Shown: positions 24,940 through 37,400, counted from the whole stretch's first letter. The stretch is 60,678 nucleotides of DNA, filler included, from Sphacelaria rigidula (GCA_964200075.2; 5 parts of 5 records of this genome joined end to end with filler, not necessarily neighbours in it), one strand, 5' to 3'. The notes: generated from the letters alone by a model not told the origin. Numbers and translations: made by a program.

Positions 24940-27900
24940 GTCGGCGAAGATGACTATCACCAACTCAAGCACGATCAGTGCCTTCGCGTGGACTTCAACT
25001 CCTTCCCGAGAAAATTCATCGAGCTTCTCGAAAGCTGCCGCGGCAATGCTCCGGGCGCGACTGCCCTTGGCCCGGTGGAGTTGCGTAGCGGAGAGCCTTC
25101 CTTTTTGGCACGGCTGGAGACCGCGGTGACTGGTGGGTTTTCTGTGTTTTCATTGGTGGAGACGAACCCTTTCAAGGAGCTGACGCACTTGAGCCTCAAG
25201 TTTAGGGCAGGGAACGATGCAGCGATCAAGACATATCTTGCAGCACGTCTTCGCCAGGTGACAAAAATGGTTGTTCAGTTTCGGGGCTGTTGGGTCATTT
25301 TTTTTGTCTTCACAGGAGTTTTCAAGTCTGTGATGCATGGGTCGACTCTGACTCTTGTGCGCACCTTGGACAAAAGATTTCTCGTCAAGAAGTGTTCTGC
25401 GTACAGCACGGAATCTTTTGTCTGTTGTAGTAGGCACAAAAGTCGATACTGTACGCAGTACAACTTTTGACAATGTAGTCTCTTGTCATCATCCGGAATT
25501 TGCTCTACTGTACAGTGTGTGCGTCGAGGAGTTAATGTGGCGAGCGTAGCAAATGGGATTGTGCGCTGTCTTTTTTCGAGCGGTATCAGAGGTACCCGAT
25601 CGACACACATGTTGACTAATTGATGTATCCCGAGGTAATCCATTTTGAGAAGCGGGCGGCGCGCCGCTGCATTCTGCAGCGATGTCGCACTTTACCGAAC
25701 ATGGCGAGGTTTTCAAGGGCAGATTGGAACCACCCACAGGCAGAGCAAACACAAAAAATGGTATAAAATTGCACTCGACACTCGCAACAAGCCTGGCTAT
25801 GTGACAATAACGAAAAACCGTTTTAGCCCCCCTTTTTCCCCCCTTGAAATATTTCTACCGTGGGTAGGCATTCAGGCACGTGCACATCGTCTTTGTACAT
25901 CCGTGAAACCGACCTCTTACCCGCATTCCTACATCCCCGCCTGAAAACGCACAAATTAGTCACATTAAAGAAGAAAAAAATTGTCGTGTCGTGTGGCCGA
26001 AAATGTGTGTGTGGGGGGGAAATGCGCAGCTCAAGACGGAAGTGTTGTCTACGTCCACAGCCCTTGACGATGTACGGGCGGCGCTCGCGAGGGAAGCAGC
26101 GGAGCGCACACGTTTGGGCGAGGAGTGCTCGGCGCTACGTTTAGATCGCGATCGCGATCTGCGCGACTTGAGAGCGGCGCACAGCGCGGAGCTAACGAGT
26201 GCGCGGGAAGAAGGAGTGCGTAGAGCTGAGGAAGCGGCCGCTGCCCGGGCAGCCGAGGTAAACAGAGACTGGGAAAAATTGGATTAGCCTTGGACCCTTT
26301 CCCCCAGGAGTGGTCAACATTCCAGGAGGCGTCTTTCTTCTTGATCAACATATAAGTACAGTTTTTGCGCTGAACTCGCCGGCCGAGGATTCAAGTTCCC
26401 ACAGGCAAAGCGACATATATTCGTGTGTGTGGGGGGGCGAAAAGTGGTGCATGGGTTTTGTAGATATGCATGGCGATTGGAGGGCTGTTGTACGACGTTT
26501 CGAAACGGCGCTGGGTTTAGAGGGTCTTACGTTGTGGCGTCCTATTGCGGCAGGGGAGGAGTAATGCGAGTTTTGTCGTTTCCGATAGTGCCCTGTGCGG
26601 CGAAAAAAGTATGGCTTGTCGTGGCTGGCAACTCAACCGAGAGTGGACAGCAAGCACGTGACGGTGTTGCAACAACCGAGCTCGGAAGGATATTCTTGTA
26701 ACCTTCGTCTTCGCTTGCAGCACCCCACCGTGAACCAGATGTTGTGATTCTTGTCAGACCTGTTATGAACGGCTATGTTCTCTCTTTTGTTTCCTCCGCC
26801 AAAGAAGTCTAGCGGTGACGGTTTCTGCGACCAGGGTCCTGAAGCCAGTTCCCTCTGATATCATCTAGACGTTCCCGCAAAAGGATCCAGGGTTGCGTTC
26901 TATAGGGTACGGGTATGTTCGGTAAAGTACAACATTTCTTGCAGGATTTCCAGAAAATGTCGGGTACCGGTATGAAAGTCTTGACAACACTTTTTGAACC
27001 TGTTGGGTACGGAATGGAGGTTGTACAGAAACCCTCACCCGTAACTGAGTATTTTTACAAGGGTCTATATACCCGTACCCCAGGCGAGGGTAAACACTTC
27101 GTACGGATCTTACAGATGTTTCGAACGCCGGTATGGGAGGCATGCAGAACTCACGAAACTCTCGGGTACCGGTAATACCCGGGTACCGGTAATACCCGGG
27201 TGCATACCCCGGGTATACAAAAAATCGCCCCCTACAAAACACAACCTGCAAGAAGTCACCGTCGTCTCCCCCCGGCTGTTGTTTTCTGCGCTCGTAAAGG
27301 TGGAAGCGTTGCGACGAAAAGCGGAGGCGGACTTGCAGCAAATATCGCAGCGGTTACGACAGTCTGAACAGCGACGGGAGGAGCTCACGGACCTGAAGTT
27401 CGCGCACGAAGCGGAGTTGCGAGAGATGCGCAGTAAGAGCGAGGTAGGCGCTGCGGAGCGGGAGGCTGCGTCCAATGATGCTCGAGCGTTGCGCGAAGCA
27501 AACAGGGCGCTGGAGGCCAGGGCATTCGAGGCGGAAAGGGAGGTGGAACGGCTGCGGATGCAGGGTGCAGCGCTTACGCAGCAGGTGTTGTGTGATACAT
27601 GTCTTGTTGGGTGCTCTACTAGGCTCTTACTTTCCGTGCCCTAGGTAAGCCTGTTGCCATGCGTTGAAAAAGAAGAAAACAGTAAGCTTGGGCTTGCTGC
27701 CCAAGCGCGTCGGGCGTGGGGTTGGGGCGCTGGAATGTGTTTTTGAGGTGCTGAGCCCACGCGAGGCCCCGCGCGCCTCGCCCCGAACCGTGAGTGCGCT
27801 ACCCCTTTCTGTTCCTGAAACCATCGGGTATACCTTCTTTTGTCTATTTTCCTTTATGAGAGTTTGGGTGAATGTGATTGCCAACTCTGTTGACCCGACC

Positions 27901-29504
27901 CGCATACTAATCACCCGGGCCCGTCAACTCTAACCGTTCTACGGGACATGTCAACCCCGGGACTGTCATCCTCCAAATCCCCAGCCCGGGCCATGGTCAT
28001 GCTCCTCACTCTGGATGTCATCACCCGACACTCACCGTCTGTCGTTTCGTCTCCTGTCCGAGGCCCTACTCCAAGTCCGCGTCGCCTTCCCACACGCCCC
28101 GTACACTCTACACCGGGTGAGATTTTTTTTCTTTTCTTCCTTGACGGAAGAAGGAAACCCAACCCAACTCTTAACCCGCCAGCGACTTTCACACCGAGTG
28201 AGACGCTACAACCTACACGATCTCCGTCCTGGGTCAGACCGTACTCGCCGTCAACGAATCCTGTTTATATATATGTATATATATTGTTTTTTTGTTTTTT
28301 TTGTCGTCGGATTTTTCACCCCGTATGTTTTCCTCGAAACGAGTCGGTAGTCTCACGAGGATTGATCGATCAATTCATCTATCGTTCCCCCGGTGTGTAC
28401 CTGCCTTGGACTACATTAACAAGCACGGAGTATGACTATCGCCACTCCCGAAGCTCGTCAACTTTCCGCTAATTTCGTCATTTTTGCGAGAACCCTAGTC
28501 ATCTTTTTGTCCGGCGGAAACAGGAAAAGTAGTCCTCCACTGCCGCTACCCCCCGGTGGTCTAGATTAAAACGGTAGACACCAATGGTCATTATCCAGTC
28601 AAGGCGGAAGATTGCGAGTTTGAAATTCCCGACGAATATGGAGTGGACCTGGTGCCGCTACCTTGGCCCAAAAAAGTGTCTCCGGTGCAAATGCGACGGA
28701 CAGCAGAAAAAAATAGCGCAAAGGGTAGGGGTTCTCGGCAACCGTATAGCCAAGCAGACAGCATCAACACCCTAAACAATAGATTGCGTTGTCGAAAAGT
28801 GTACTGCGTACAGTATCGACCACTGTGTCTGTTGCAATGGGCGAAATATTCCAGACTGTCCGTTGAACAGTTTTTGACAAGGTAGTCTGTTGTTCAGGGT
28901 GCGCAGAACTTTCGTCACTTCACACATCCCTGGGCCCCGGTGACTGTACCCGCTGGGCATTTGGTATCATATTCAGGATATCCGGAATTTCGCCCAATTG
29001 CGTGAAAATTGGTGGACGTGTGCAGCCAACATCAGGGCTACAGCAACTGTCTTGGCCCCTAGCTCGTCACAGGTTGGAAGTTGTGACGAAACAAATGTTG
29101 GGGTAAAAGTACCTGCGGTAACGTAAGGCATTCTCACGCTCTTGGAAATGTACATGATATCTTTGATTGTTTGTCCGAGGTTTGAGCGTGAAGGCCTAGA
29201 ATTTTGGGGGGAGGAGTGCATTGATCATTTGAAGGCCATATCTAGGGATGTCTTCGTTTTTGGGGGGTTGGAGATACACTGAGATTTTTTTCCCGGGAAT
29301 TCCCTGAGGGGATCTAACGCTGAGAAAAAATGTGAGCACCCCGCGTCATGATCTCCGAATGATCGATGCGCTCCTCCTCTCAAGAGCTCAGATCTAATTC
29401 TCGAAGGTCGAGTGGTGAATCGCCTTAGATACGTTTTGGGTTTTGCTACTAACTACTACCTCTGCTAATACTACCACTACGACTACTACTGCTACTGCTA
29501 CTCT

Positions 29505-29538
<34 letters not shown>

Positions 29539-32500
29539 CTACTACTACTACTACTACTACTACTATCGTACGCCCCAACGACAGTTCATATCAAAACACA
29601 TTTTTTTTTGGCTCGGAGCAACAGAGAAAATGAGGTAGCATTCGCCACGACTTGTATCGCACTTCATTCACTCCGCGAGCAGCGGCCGTTGTATAGCTCG
29701 CATTGAGACAGTGAAGTAGAGGAGACCACGTGTGTTTTGAAGTAAATTTCTCCCTCAACCGCATTCCATCCAGTAGCCCCGCTTTATTAGAGAACACGGA
29801 TCCCTTCTCTCTTCACCTGTAAAAAGACTGGATCGACTGTGCGCGTTCGCAACGTCCATGTTGTCCCGCTTCTCTACACGAGCGATGGTCATGTATGTCA
29901 TGAGTGCTGACTTCACAAGATACTCCGTCATTTGCATTCCCCCCCCTTTTTTTCTCGTTCTTCGCCGTTCCTTTTCCGTTCCTGTTTGTCCATTTTTATT
30001 TTTTTATTTCTCGCCTCAATTTACTCATCTCGTCTGTTCAATACACACACAGATATATATATATATATAAACGAGCGTTTCTGTTTTGTTTACCTTGTTT
30101 TAACATCTGGTTATCTTGTGACTACAGTACGGCATACTTCCTCTGTCCCATAAGTAGGAAATCCGTTATGATCACACGGATCCCCGAGGCGTGGCGTGTC
30201 CCATGCTGTAGGCGATTTTTGTTTCGAAATCTTCGTTTTTTTTTTGTTGAAATGCGTTTTTTTTTTCTGTTTGCGCAGCAGCGAGCGTGCACGAATGGCC
30301 GATAAACGATCAGTCCACTCGAAAATGGCCATATTTCGCCCCTTGTTCACGACACAGAGAGGAACCCTGTAAACCCGAAAAGCGGCAAAAATCGCGAAAA
30401 AAAGTATAAGTGGCTCTTTTTCTCCGGTTCATCGCCGGCATACGATAGCTACGCCTAGTCCGAAACCACTCGTTCACATTCCAACCTTGAATTACTTCAA
30501 AACAAGCCAAATTCGTCGAAATTCGGCCGACAGTGTACAGATTGTCAAAATTTGGTCGAAATTTGGCCATAATTGACCCAACGATTCCAAGGTTATAGGT
30601 CGGTTATTTTGTTTTGTTTTTTCCAGTGGCTATCTTCACAAGTATATATTTTCAACGAAGCTAATCATAACATCGGAAGCACCTCCGTTGGCGCGGTAGG
30701 GCCTATCCCCCGTAACGGACTTTACTTATGGGACAGAGAAGTATATAGGTCCCCCAGGGATCGGTCAATGTGCGACAATCAATCAATCGATATCACGGCT
30801 TTTGTGTTGCCTCGGTACTACGGAGATTGCTTGCAGTGCCAGGGCAACCTCGCTGCGTTGTTGTTGTGCATCCGCCTGAGCTGGCCTTCACCATCGTCGC
30901 ACGCTCCCGTCCCGACCCCATCCCTATCCGCTTCATCAGTTGGCGGACGCCAAAGAAATGGTGGAGAAGAGTCAGGCGCTACAAGCGGCATCGGGGGCCT
31001 CGGTGGCGCGGTTGGAGGATACTCAGGAGGCCTACAAGGGTAGCGTCGTGGCATTGCAGGAGAGGTTAGAAGCCAGCGTAAGCGAGATTAACCGCGGTAA
31101 TGCCATTATCCAGAAACTCCAAGGCCAGTACCGTGCATTGCGTTCGAAGACCAAGCTGAGGAGCGAGGTCATCAAGCAACAGGTGATTTTTCTTTCATGG
31201 TTCCTTTTTTTTTATTCAGGATTTTTTTTCTTGTGGTTTTGATGTTGTTTGCAGGAATGACATCGCAGGTCGTCTGCAATGGTTATCCCCGATCATTCCA
31301 GGTCGATAATGTTCGCTCGGTCATTGCTTATCGTGATTTGTGACAGCACACGATCTTAGCCCCCCGTAGGAGTCACTACTAGCCTTGGAATCGTGAACAA
31401 TATCCACGAACGGCTTTCCCCAACTGCCAAGCAGCCTGCCAGCTGTCTTGGCCCGTACGAGAGGCAAATTCTCTGCATGGCAAAGTTACACGTGTTTGCT
31501 TCACACCATAATCGTGAGCTTGAAACTCAAAAAGCCAGAGCACGGGCACAGCCGCCGCGGTATGCATGTACGAAGTAAGTCATCTTGCCCGAAGGCAACG
31601 TGTTTTGATTTTGGTAAGGTCTGAGTATATATTTTTTAAATTCTATGGGACCCTCTCCTGTCTATCCCTCCAGGTGCTTGTGTGGTGAGTTTCGCCGCTT
31701 GTCTTGCCTTATTTTTTTCCCAAGTCATGCTAACCCAGGTGCTGATTTGTCGAATATTACGTGGTGGAATATTACGTGGTGGGACTGCTCGGCCAGAAGA
31801 AGCCACGACCACGAACACTGCATCATGTGTTGACGATGATACGGGTATTCTATATACACATCTCAAGGTCTAGGTACTATCCACGCACCCCTACAGTAAC
31901 AGCGAGCCACTTCAAGCGCTCCCAACACCTCCTACCTAAAATACGCCTGTGTCGCAGTTCATGTGGAATGGCAGAAAAATATGCAGTCAACGATTTGAGG
32001 AATGCGTCCAACAGTTAGAGAGGAACGTATTCAACAGTTGGAGACTTTTTCCCATCTTTGTTCGTGGTTCGAGAAACTGGCGACTGTGGCGGTACCCCGG
32101 CAACAAGTGAGAGGTGGTTTCCTGGCCCATGTTTGATGTTTTTAATGATAGCCCAAACACCCGACTGAAAACGTACTCCAAAAGTGCAAATCAACAGTGT
32201 CCTTGTGCTGCTGCGGGTATTCGGAACACAACGGTTCCAAGAACAAATTGGATTCACGTAAGCGTTCAGGGTTGGCAGTCGGACAGTTCCCCCCCGTTTT
32301 CGCGAGGGAACGTGGTGGGTTACGCCTTTTTTTTTTTTTGATCAAGGAAAATACGCATTAAAATGCAGGTGCGAAGTATACCACGGGAAAAAAAGCGATT
32401 GCTCCACACCCAAGAGTCCGCGGTGACCAAGACCAGCTTTGACGAAACGATATCATCACTCGCAGCTTTGCATTCCTGCGAACTGTTCTTCGTTACCCCG

Positions 32501-34921
32501 ACGACACGAGCTCTAGATCCAAAAAAAATAGTATGCTCGGGCTGTGTTTCTTCTAGGAAGTACTCCGTAAGTCGTGTGCGGAGGGAAAGCGACAGACACG
32601 ACATGCATGTTGTGAACGTGATGTACTCGAGAAGCACAGGGTATGCACGTTGATTCTCAGCCAGCCCTAGTGCAGTTCCCCCAAGGCTCACTCTTACCCA
32701 GCTGCCAACGCCATGCTTGATTTGGCGACAGTCTATTCGGTATTTCGGGAGCTATGACACTTTCCAAGGTTGTGTTCAGTAGGGAATAGGGCATGTTCTG
32801 TAGGGTATGGGATTCCTTACAGAACTTAACAGAAATATCGGGTACCGGTATGAAAGTCTTACAGAAATTGCACAACTGTCGGGTACCGGTTTGAAAGTCT
32901 TACAGAAATCACAGAACTTGTCGGGTATGGTACGTGCGGCTTACAGAAAACCGTACCGGCAATCAGGTATTCATTTACGGGCATACCCGCGCTCCGGGTA
33001 CGGGCATACACTATGTACAGAACTCACAGAACTATCGGGCAAGGGTATGGAAGGCGTTTAAACTCACAGAAATTATCGGGCAGGGTGTGTTGGCTGCACA
33101 GAAAACCGTACCCTCAACAAGGTATTTTATCAAGAGCATACCCGTGTCCCCGGTAACAGTACGTGAGGCTTACAGAACTCACACAGCTATCGGGTAAGGG
33201 TATGAAAGTCTTACAAATTTTACAGAACTGTGGGTACCGGTATGAAAGTGTCGAGTATGGTAAAAACCCGGGAAAATACCCCGGGTATTCATAAATGTGT
33301 ACCCTACAGAACACAACCTTGACACTTTTTGTGCGCGGTTGGGCTGACAAAAATTGCGGCAGTTTTTACCGACTGTACTGAGTGTACTTGCTGAACTGAC
33401 GGTACTCCCGACGAACAAAGACAGCACCGCCTTTGAGCTGCTGGTGTAATCGAGAAATGGTTCTTCACCAATGTTCCAGGTCGTCTCGGAGAGCGTAGAG
33501 AGCATAGACTGGGGTACGCCGCCAGTGGCGGCAAGAACACGAACCAGCAGTATACTGTGGTCTTGTAGCGCTTGTTGCGTGCGACGACCAGGGGTGCGCT
33601 CTATGGGCAGCTAGCTGGGTTGTACATCGTGTCTCGCTCATGAACAGGGTGAGGTCAAGCTGTAAGGTACAGTTGAGGGCCTGGAGAAATGTTGTACCGC
33701 GTTTCTGTCGTGCTCCATTTTTTTCAACGAAATAGCGTGACAGAAGAAGTCCCTGCAAGACTGCCGACGCTTTGAAGGTGGGCCGAGAGAAACGTGCTGC
33801 ATGTACCTTGTGACGGCATTATCAATGTAAATACAATCTCTGTCGGCGTTTCAGGAGTAGAACACTCCACTTCCTATGGGGAAAAAATGCAGGGGCATAA
33901 TCAAGATACTACTCTTCGGGTTTTCAAAAATTATGAGAATCACGGCTTCTTGTGTGGGGTTGTGCAGTGTTTTCTCACAGCGATAAACTGCTGCGCACGT
34001 AGCGTGCAAGTACAACCGCCTTCTCCCCCATATTCGCACTGGATGATCTCGAATATGATTTCCCCCTGGTTCCTGACTGTCTCGTCGCCTTGACGCACCC
34101 CCAATCTGCAGGAAAAACTCCTCGCGGAGCACGAAGCGTCCACGAGGGCAAGCGAGAGCAAGCTCCACGCCGCCGCGGCGGAGCGGAGGGCGGCCGAGGC
34201 ACGCGCGGAGGGGCTACAGCGCGAGCTGACCGCTTGCGAGGACCGCCTGGAGGAGAGCGCTCGTCTCCTGGCGTCCAACCAGCAGGTCATCAAGTGGCTC
34301 AACAAAGAGCTCAACGAAGCACAGATGCTGCCCGGCATGCCGCCAACAACAGGCGCCGGTGGGGCGGTACCAGGGACGGGTGTGAGTTTCGGCGGTGGGC
34401 TTTCAGGTGGCCTCGGGGAAGAATTCGGTGGGGATTTCAACTTTGGGGGCGTTGGTGGAGAGACGGAGGTTGGGGTTAACACGGCGGGGCGGGCCTCGAG
34501 CACTCCGGTCAGTGACGGGGGTGCCCACAATGGCGGCGGTAGGCGAGCAATGTTTACGGCGGGACTCAGGGAGAGTCTAACGGGAGACGGAGGTGGGTTG
34601 AACCTCCGAGGTATCACGGGAGACGGCGGAGGGGACAAGGATGCATATTTTTCGTACCGTGGGGAGGCGATGGTAGGAGAAGAAGGCGGCGACACAGGTG
34701 CGACAAGTGGGATGACGGATGGCACGCCGGATCACGCTGGGCATGGCGGGGGCTATCGTCTTGGTAGGGGAGGGTACAGCCGGATTGTTACGCCGGAATC
34801 GGCCGGTGTTGCTGATTCTGCCACCCGAGAATCTTCGCGTCTTGTTTCGAAGGTTGGGGAAGAAGAAGACGTTGGGAGAAGGATGGCGGGGGACGGCATT
34901 CGCAGCATACCCGCGTTTTGA
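24940..34921 (+). CDS. SAS6: Spindle assembly abnormal protein 6 (centriole/basal-body cartwheel protein), 5'-truncated
   Basis: Exons 24940-25257, 26030-26257, 27300-27584, 30940-31182 and 34112-34921 are all phase 0 with GT-AG junctions. The head domain reads VGEDDYHQLKHDQCLRVDFNSFPRKFIELL...SLVETNPFKELTHLSLKFRAGNDAAIKTYLA. A long coiled coil follows, with SAS-6-typical EINRGNAIIQKLQ...KLRSEVIKQQE and SNQQVIKWLNKELNE, then a Gly-rich tail. The first exon(s) were not found in the contig. Confidence 0.92.
25362..25490. mobile_element. Short MITE copy (same family as 28768-28901, opposite orientation)
   Basis: caccttggacaaaagatttctcgtcaagaagtgttc...gtcgatactgtacgcagtacaacttttgacaatgtagtct aligns with the reverse complement of 28768-28901. 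Confidence 0.65.
26888..27248 (+). mobile_element. TIR element with internal ~40-bp tandem units (family copy A)
   Basis: Ends are cagggttgcgttctatagggtac and ccctacaaaacacaacctg. Internal units are related to acagaactcacagaactgtcgggtaccggtatgaaagtctt. Confidence 0.75.
28768..28901. mobile_element. 134-bp MITE with ~30-bp TIRs
   Basis: Left caccctaaacaatagattgcgttgtcgaaaa aligns with the right-end reverse complement caccctgaacaacagactaccttgtcaaaaa. Confidence 0.7.
29446..29565 (+). repeat. Compound (CTA)n-(CAA)n-(CTA)n microsatellite
   Basis: ctactactgctact...caacaacaacaa...ctactactacta. Confidence 0.9.
32765..33321 (+). mobile_element. hAT-like non-autonomous element with internal ~40-bp tandem units (family copy B, most complete)
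   Basis: TIRs caaggttgtgttcagtaggg / ccctacagaacacaaccttg. Flanks acactttc and acactttt form a near-perfect (7/8) 8-bp target-site duplication. The interior is degenerate repeats of acagaa...tcgggtaccggtatgaaagtctt. Confidence 0.82.
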
Positions 34922-36179
34922 TATAGGGTGTGGGAATGCCGTACATGTTTTGTTTTGTTGTTTTGGCAACGTAGTTTGCGTGTTGTGAATGTCGTCGTGG
35001 TGAGATGTTCTCCTTTTCAGGGGGTTGGTGGGTGTTGTGGTTGTTATGGTTGTTATGGTTGTTGCCGTTGGGGTACAGGATGTTGCGGTTGATGCGCTAT
35101 TGGTGAGCCGATGTCTGCCGTCACGTGTCGTTTGTTTCTGCGTTGCCTACGATACTCCTTGTCTGACGCCGCCACACTTAGAGTGCCAAAGCAGAGCTGA
35201 TCAGGTGAAATCACACCAAGGGTAGTTAGTATAGAGTAGGTCATCTCGGCGGTCGATACACCAGGTACCCCGAGAACAAAAGCCCTCAGTAGAGTCTGCA
35301 TCGATACTCTAGGTACTCTGGAAGTACTCAGCTTGTTGCGTACCCTAGAGATCAAGGTACACGTGGTACGGTTCTCTTTGCCGAAATAACGGGTAGGTTC
35401 GAGGGTAGCGGAATGAACCAGAGTTCATATCACAGTCTCGTTTGGGAGGGGGTTCGGGTACCTTACCCTGTCTGTACACCCGCTTATGGAGTGTATCTTG
35501 GTGAGATCCTGTAGTAGTGCGATCGCGCTTCCCCTTAGAGCGATGCCGTGTGTTCGTGCTCCTCCCAGCCGAGACGACAGAAGAATTTTTGGTCGGTTCG
35601 CTGGGTCATGTTGAGGTCTTGATCGTCACAGCTTCATCATTTATTTTGTGGTGGAGTCGAGGTGTAACAGATATTTGGCATACAATCATTCGAGTTATAT
35701 TATTATTGTAAATTATTGTTCGAAGAAAGAATAAACACAGCAGCAGCATGACGTTTTTTTTTAGTTTCGAGATCAGATTTTCCAGGCTACCTGCGAGACT
35801 CATGCGGTACTAATGGTGTCGATTTTTTTTTAACCTGTTTTTTGTTCATTCAGTGGTGGGTTTTGATCGGGCAAGAGTTTTACTCCGAGGGTACCGCATA
35901 TGGCCAAGACGATGTGCAATCAGGTGTTGGGGTCAGAAACGTTCCACGAATTTTCGGATCTGTTCGCAGCGATAACTGAAGTCAGCGGTCTGGTGTCGTA
36001 GCAATGGGAGCACAAGAGTCACAATAAAAACATCGGTGGACACTTCATTTTACATAGGCCATCACAAGGGCTTCGGAGAAACAAAAAGCCGAGAGCCGTT
36101 TTCTCCTCGGAACCCGGATGGACAATACTTCGCTCTATAGGGTTACAGCAGGTACTGGCGCGGCCAGCCAGGATCCGGT

Positions 36180-36272
36180 ATGCTGGCTTCTGTCGCAGCC
36201 AGTATACTGGATTCGATCAGTACAAATGTGGCGCGGCGAAGCCGCGTAATCGCGGCTGCGCCGCGACCAGCG
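36180..36272 (+). CDS. Possible first exon of an unidentified gene, cut by the contig end
   Basis: The ATG-initiated ORF MLASVAASILDSISTNVARRSRVIAAAPRP is A/S/R-rich like a transit peptide and runs into a low-quality poly-C/poly-G contig end. No homology recognised. Confidence 0.25.
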
Positions 36273-36368
36273 CCCCCCCCCCCCCCCCCCGGGGGGGGGG
36301 GGGCCCCCGGGGGGCCCTTTTTCCCCGGGTTCCCGCTCTCAAGGCCCGAGAAACCGGGTGGTTTTGGT

Positions 36369-36468
36369 NNNNNNNNNNNNNNNNNNNNNNNNNNNNNNNN
36401 NNNNNNNNNNNNTTAATTAATTAANNNNNNNNNNNNNNNNNNNNNNNNNNNNNNNNNNNNNNNNNNNN
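36369..36468. other. Artificial contig-joining spacer
   Basis: 44 N + TTAATTAATTAA + 44 N. Confidence 0.98.
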
Positions 36469-36680
36469 AAGAGCATACCCGTGCCCCCCGGTAACGGTAC
36501 GGGAGGCTTACAGAACTCACAGAACAACCGGGTACGGGTATGAGGGTCTTACAGAGATTGCAAAACAGTCGGGTACCGGATTGAAAGTCCTACAGAAGTC
36601 ACATAACGATCGGGTACGGTAAATACCCGGCAAAAAAACCCGGGTATACATAAAAACGTGAGCTACAAAACACGACCTTG
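36469..36680 (+). mobile_element. TIR/tandem-unit element, right half (family copy C), truncated by contig start
   Basis: Same units as 32765-33321, ending in ctacaaaacacgaccttg. Confidence 0.75.
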
Positions 36681-37130
36681 GTGAGACCCACGTCACTACA
36701 GTGGCAAAATACAGATGACAGTTCACGAAAACTCTGAACGCGGCTCCACGGGGCCGATAATGAAAGACTACACGAACAATCGCAGTAGTACATGTGCACG
36801 GGATCGTCAACATCTCTCGGCTTCACGTACATTTCCAGAGAGTACATGAAGGAGCAGTCACGGCCGCCCGTTCTCTGGAAATCCTTCGACACGCGACAAA
36901 ATCGCCGATGGTCTCGACTACTTTAGGTGGCAGCCCATATCCTGTGCTGTACATGTCGATTACGTGCTTCTTGCTACTTGATCCCCAGGTGGCGCAGATG
37001 AACCGCCCCCGTTCGAGCCACCACTCGAGTCTGGGGGTGCATGATCCATCCGCCTGACGGTCTGCAGGGCTGCTCATGTTTCGTGTTCCCTCTCAGCGGT
37101 ACCCCGTATCCGTCAGATCCCAAACGGCGG

Positions 37131-37348
37131 AACTTTTCGAGGGCAGGTCGAGTAGAGTATACTCAAGTGCGGGGTATTTCGAAAGTCGCACTCGAAGTAC
37201 ACAAAGTGGGAGTAGGGTTTCAGGAATCGCTTTCCAGTTACTATTTGTGTACGACTCCTAACACTCTACCATAATTTTAGTACCTCAAGTACGTCTTTCA
37301 AAATACCCCGCAATTGAATATACTCTACTCGACCTTCCTTTGGAAGTT
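37131..37348. mobile_element. MITE (~220 bp) with ~75-bp TIRs
   Basis: Left aggtcgagtagagtatactcaagtgcggggtatttcgaaagtcgcactcgaagtac aligns with the right-end reverse complement aggtcgagtagagtatattcaattgcggggtattttgaaagacgtacttgaggtac. Confidence 0.8.
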
Positions 37349-37400
37349 TTCAACAATGTATTATTGTTGGTGTGCAGTTTTGAATGAAGGAATTGGCCGG

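Noticed and set aside
32800..33260. Regularly spaced repeats resembling a CRISPR array (also 37920-38360)
   Set aside because: The units are degenerate tandem copies without unique spacers, are bounded by TIRs, lie in eukaryotic non-coding DNA and have no cas genes nearby.
33940..34725. 261-aa Pro/Ser-rich minus-strand ORF
   Set aside because: It is the antisense shadow of the GC-rich last SAS-6 exon.
13866..34921. Apparent centriole cluster of a coiled-coil gene next to SAS-6
   Set aside because: The genes are on different contigs separated by an artificial spacer, so adjacency carries no information.
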